Shown piece by piece: positions 60,720-64,000 of a stretch of 64,000 nucleotides of DNA (positions within the stretch are counted from its first letter, which is position 1; each line of letters begins with the position of its first letter). The stretch is from the NCBI GenBank assembly GCA_963799775.1, contig CAWCYD010000003.1, forward strand, positions 1,088,001 through 1,152,000, in the 5' to 3' direction. The notes under the pieces were generated by a model. That model ran no database searches, was not told the DNA's origin, and saw nothing but the letters and a program-made list of their open reading frames with translations. Origin of the DNA: an uncultured archaeon (lineage in GTDB: Archaea > Thermoproteota > Nitrososphaeria > Nitrososphaerales > Gagatemarchaeaceae). The position numbers and the translations under genes were made by a program.

Positions 60720-62696
60720 TCATTCGCCTTTGAACTCTGGTTCCTTCTTCGAGAGGAAGGACGTTATCCCCTCCGAAGCGTCCTGGGATGAGAGGGTTAG
60801 GCCAAAGCTCCCCGCCTCGAAGAGCTGTCCCAGGTCCGTGGGTATCCCCTGCTGGGCGAGATTGATCGCGAGCTTCGACAGCTTCATAGAGATGGGCGCG
60901 CGTTTAGCGAGCTTCCTCGCGAAGCCCTCCACCTCGGTCTGGAAGGTCTCGTTAGGGTAGACCTTGTCGAGAAGGCCCGCAGCTAGAGCATCTGCGGCCT
61001 GCAGCCTTTCGCCGAAGTAGATCATCTCCTTGGCCTTGCTCGGCCCTACGAGGCGGAGGAGGCGCTGAGTGCCGCCGGCGCCGGGGATGATTCCGAGACT
61101 AGTCTCCGTCAGCCCGATCTGGCTCGACTGAGACGCGAGTCGAAAGTCGCACGCCATGGCCAGCTCGCACCCGCCTCCGAACGCGTACCCGTTGATCGCG
61201 GCGATCACGGGCTTCGGCATCTTCTCGAAGAGCGTGAAGACCTCGTACATCCTTCTTGCTGCCTCGAACGCCTTGAGGGAAGAGGAGAACTCGAACGCCG
61301 TAAGGTCCGCGCCGGCGCTGAATGCCTTCCCTCCTTCCCCTGAGAGGACCACGACCCTGATGCTGGAGTCCCTGGCGACATCTCCGCATGCTGCCTCGAG
61401 CTCGTCAATCATCTTCGGGGTGATCGTGTTGTGCCTGTGGGGTCGGTTCAGGACGACCCACGCGATGGGAGGGGCCTTCTTGACCGTGATCTCTTCCAAC
61501 TTGTTGGTCCGCGCGCCGTAGTCATAAAAACCTCTGCCCGAGGACACACCATTCTCACCTCGCCTTTCCATCTCAAGGAGCAGAGGGTCGGGAGAGTAGG
61601 CGCTGCCATGCTTCGACTCCTTGGCGCGGAGCGATCTGGCGACCCGGTCGATTCCCCACATGTCGGCCAGCTCGAGGATGCCCTGTGGGAAACCCAGGCC
61701 AAGCTTGACCGAGGCGTCAAGGTCATCCTTGGAACAGACGCCGCTCCTCAGGAGCCATGCGGCCGAGTTGATGCCGACCGAGAAGACGGCGAGAGGGTCG
61801 AGAGACTTTCCTTCTTCCCTCGTGTAGGAGGCTCTGCCGGCCGCGTAGTCGTAGAACCCTTGGCCCGTCTTGCGGCCTAGCTTGCCAGACTTCACCCTCT
61901 CTTGCAGCAAGGGAGCGATGGGCAGGAGAGAGCCCTCGCGCGAGGCCATCACCTTCGATGCGGCGTAGATCACGTCCAGTCCCGTGTGGTCGGCGAGCTC
62001 GAACAAGCCCATCGGGAGGCCGACGCTGTAGACGCAGCAGGAGTCCACCTCCGTCATCGTGGCCTCCTCTCTCTCGACGACCCAGACGGCCTCGTTGATC
62101 ATGGGGCCGATTATCCTGTTCACTATGAATCCGGGGACGTCCTTCTTGCAGACGACCGGCTGCTTGCCGATCGAGCGGCAGAACTCCACAGCCCGCTGGA
62201 CGCACTCATCGCCTGTGTGGTCTCCCTTCACCACCTCTACGAGAGGCATCAAGATCGGGGGATTGAAGAAGTGGATTCCGGCGACCCTCCCGGGGGTCCG
62301 GGTCGCTGCCGCGATCTCTGAGATGGGTATGCTGCTCGTGTTGCTGGCAAGGATCGAGGTAGTGTTGAGGGAGTCGAGGCGTGAGAACAACCGTCTCTTC
62401 AGGTCCAGGCTCATCGGGGGCGGCCTCGATCACAAGGTCGCAAGCGGCAGCGTCTGCTATCTCGGTGGTGGTCCTGATCGCCGCTCTCGCCTTCTCCGCG
62501 CTCTCCTTCGATATCTGGCCCTTCTCCACCAGCTTCGAGAGGCTCCAAGCGATCTTCTCCATCCCGGCGGTGAGGAACTTGGCCTCCACGTCATAGAGCA
62601 CCACACCGTATCCGCTCAAGGCGACGACTTCGGCTATCCCATGACCCATGGTCCCCGCGCCGAGCACGGCCACGGAGGAGATCCTTTGAGGTCCAT
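60720..62696 (-). CDS. 3-hydroxyacyl-CoA dehydrogenase / enoyl-CoA hydratase fusion (frameshifts near 62685 and 62413)
   Basis: VLGAGTMGHGIA, ASNTSS, GIHFFNP, PGFIVNR, GRKTGQGFY; C-terminal AFSAGADL, GGGCELAMACD, GIIPGAGGTQRL. Confidence 0.92.
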
Positions 62697-62772
62697 TGCC
62701 CGGCGCCGCTAGCTTTCAAGCTTGAGTGCCGGGACCGGGTCCGACTCTAAAGGGGTTCCGGGAGGATGGGGG

Positions 62773-63003
62773 TCAGCCTGGAGGCGGAGAGATCATTATG
62801 ATGTTGTCTCCCCTCACGATCAAGGTCCCCAGAGAATTCGACTTGCCGTCGGTAGCGATCTCCTCGGCCTTTTCCAGAGACAGGTTCATGTGCTGGTCGA
62901 ACCCTTGGAGCGAGCCCCTGATCACCTTGCCGCCCTTCAGCTTGATCAGGACCACTTTGCCGAGACTGGTCTCGAGAACCTTGATCGCCATGTCAACTGA
63001 CAT
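62773..63003 (-). CDS. Sm-like (Lsm/SmAP) protein
   Basis: VLIKLKGG..RGSLQGFDQHMNL, IVRGDNI. Confidence 0.95.
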   Translation of the reverse strand: MSVDMAIKVLETSLGKVVLIKLKGGKVIRGSLQGFDQHMNLSLEKAEEIATDGKSNSLGTLIVRGDNIIMISPPPG

Positions 63004-63083
63004 TCTTTTCAGATATCTCCGGGTTGAGAATGAGCGTCATAGACTGGCTTTATTAAATTGACGCATGGCGACTGGCGCTGCGA

Positions 63084-63569
63084 TTGAAGAGGCAGGTAGC
63101 GTCGAAGCACGACTCCAGGGAGCTCATATCGGAGGTCGAGAGGTCCACAGGGATACACCTGGAGGTGCCGCGCTCTGCCCAGGTCGAGATAATCGAGCCT
63201 GAGGAAGGCTCCAAGTTCGTGATAGTCGACGGCCGCTTCACCTTCGTGAACGCCGACGGCAGCGGATACATCCCCTTCGTCGGGTCCGCGGAGACGGTGG
63301 GGCTCTTCCCCTCCGTGACCATCGACGAGGGCGCGCTCAAGTACATCATCAAGGGCGCCGATGTCATGCGCCCGGGGATTTCCAAGTATGACGATTGGGG
63401 GGACGCGGGCAAGATCGTCGTCGTAAGAGAGGACAAGAAGGGCAGGGCGGCCGCGATAGGTAGGACGGCCGTCCGGAGCTCAGAGATGGCCGAGCTGAAG
63501 AAGGGGAACTGCGTCAAGAACATACACCACGCAGGCGACAAGTTCTGGGACGCCCACAAGCTTGTGTAG
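63084..63569 (+). CDS. PUA-domain RNA-binding protein (DUF1947-like)
   Basis: DEGALKYIIKGADVMRPGI, HHAGDKFW. Confidence 0.9.
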   Translation: MKRQVASKHDSRELISEVERSTGIHLEVPRSAQVEIIEPEEGSKFVIVDGRFTFVNADGSGYIPFVGSAETVGLFPSVTIDEGALKYIIKGADVMRPGISKYDDWGDAGKIVVVREDKKGRAAAIGRTAVRSSEMAELKKGNCVKNIHHAGDKFWDAHKLV

Positions 63570-63647
63570 GTCAGGGCCTGCCGGTCTCGTCTCCCGCGTT
63601 TATGTTTAAAAGCCAGGGCAATGTCTTATGGAGTGATAAAACTAGGT

Positions 63648-63963
63648 TTGGAATCCACCGTGACAGCCGAGGAGACAGAGGAGACGCCCACCCAAGAAGG
63701 AGGGGAGATGCTGCTAAAGGCCCTGCAGCTGAGGAGCGCCGATGGACCTTCAAGGCATCCAGGACGATGTAGCCAAGAGGACCATTGTGATCCTGAGGGT
63801 AACGCCTCTGGCCCAGAAGAGCGTGGAGGACCTGAAGACTGTCGTCGAGCAGCTCTACGAGTTCTCGACGTCGATAGGCGGAGACATCGCCAGACTCGGA
63901 GAGGAGAGGATAGTCATCACTCCTCCCGGCGTCAGGATCTGGAGAGGCTCCCTCTCCGGTTAG
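63648..63963 (+). CDS. sepF: SepF-family cell division protein (frameshifted N-terminus)
   Basis: LKALQLRS..D...IQDDV..IVILRVTPL...IGGDIARLGEERIVITPPGVRIW. Confidence 0.8.
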
Positions 63964-64000
63964 AAGACGCGGAACGCTTCTTGCACTGCGGGTCTCAACA

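Noticed and set aside
1-64000. Many frameshifted genes read as pseudogenes or programmed frameshifting
   Set aside because: Single-base indels also hit essential genes (rpl15e, rps15, ychF, dph5, ribK), often in short homopolymers, with no accompanying in-frame stops; uncorrected long-read errors are the simplest explanation.

Overview
GC-rich archaeal DNA. Gene content and style point to a non-ammonia-oxidising, probably heterotrophic Nitrososphaerota/Thaumarchaeota-type (TACK) organism; this assignment is inference. The window has two halves. (1) 1-33.8 kb is an accessory region rich in cell-surface and metal/cofactor genes: two NTF2/SnoaL-like paralogues, a DUF929 thioredoxin-like protein, two pilin-like Thr-rich proteins both ending in D[AS]DGDGV-COOH, a co-directional run (ZIP transporter, Tat multicopper oxidase, three NHL propellers, NosF/NosY-like ABC transporter), an intact IS5 element, three membrane-anchored PQQ-dehydrogenase-like propellers with remodelled active sites, a PqqC homologue lacking most catalytic residues and coupled to an HTH-V4R regulator, a SET-domain protein, MFS transporters, a Zn/Mn ABC importer and a NikR-like regulator. 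(2) After a tRNA-Lys(CTT) with two D-arm introns, 34-64 kb is mostly housekeeping: dph5, ribL/ribK, translin, hjc, fen, EF-1beta, pth2, truD, rpl15e, ychF, rps3ae, serS, KEOPS, rps15, a beta-oxidation cluster, Sm protein and sepF. Single-base frameshifts are pervasive, including in essential genes, and are best read as long-read consensus errors. The best candidate for a new system is the PQQ-propeller / pseudo-PqqC / V4R-regulator module with its neighbouring metal-binding surface proteins. All family calls come from motif recognition by eye; no database search was run.
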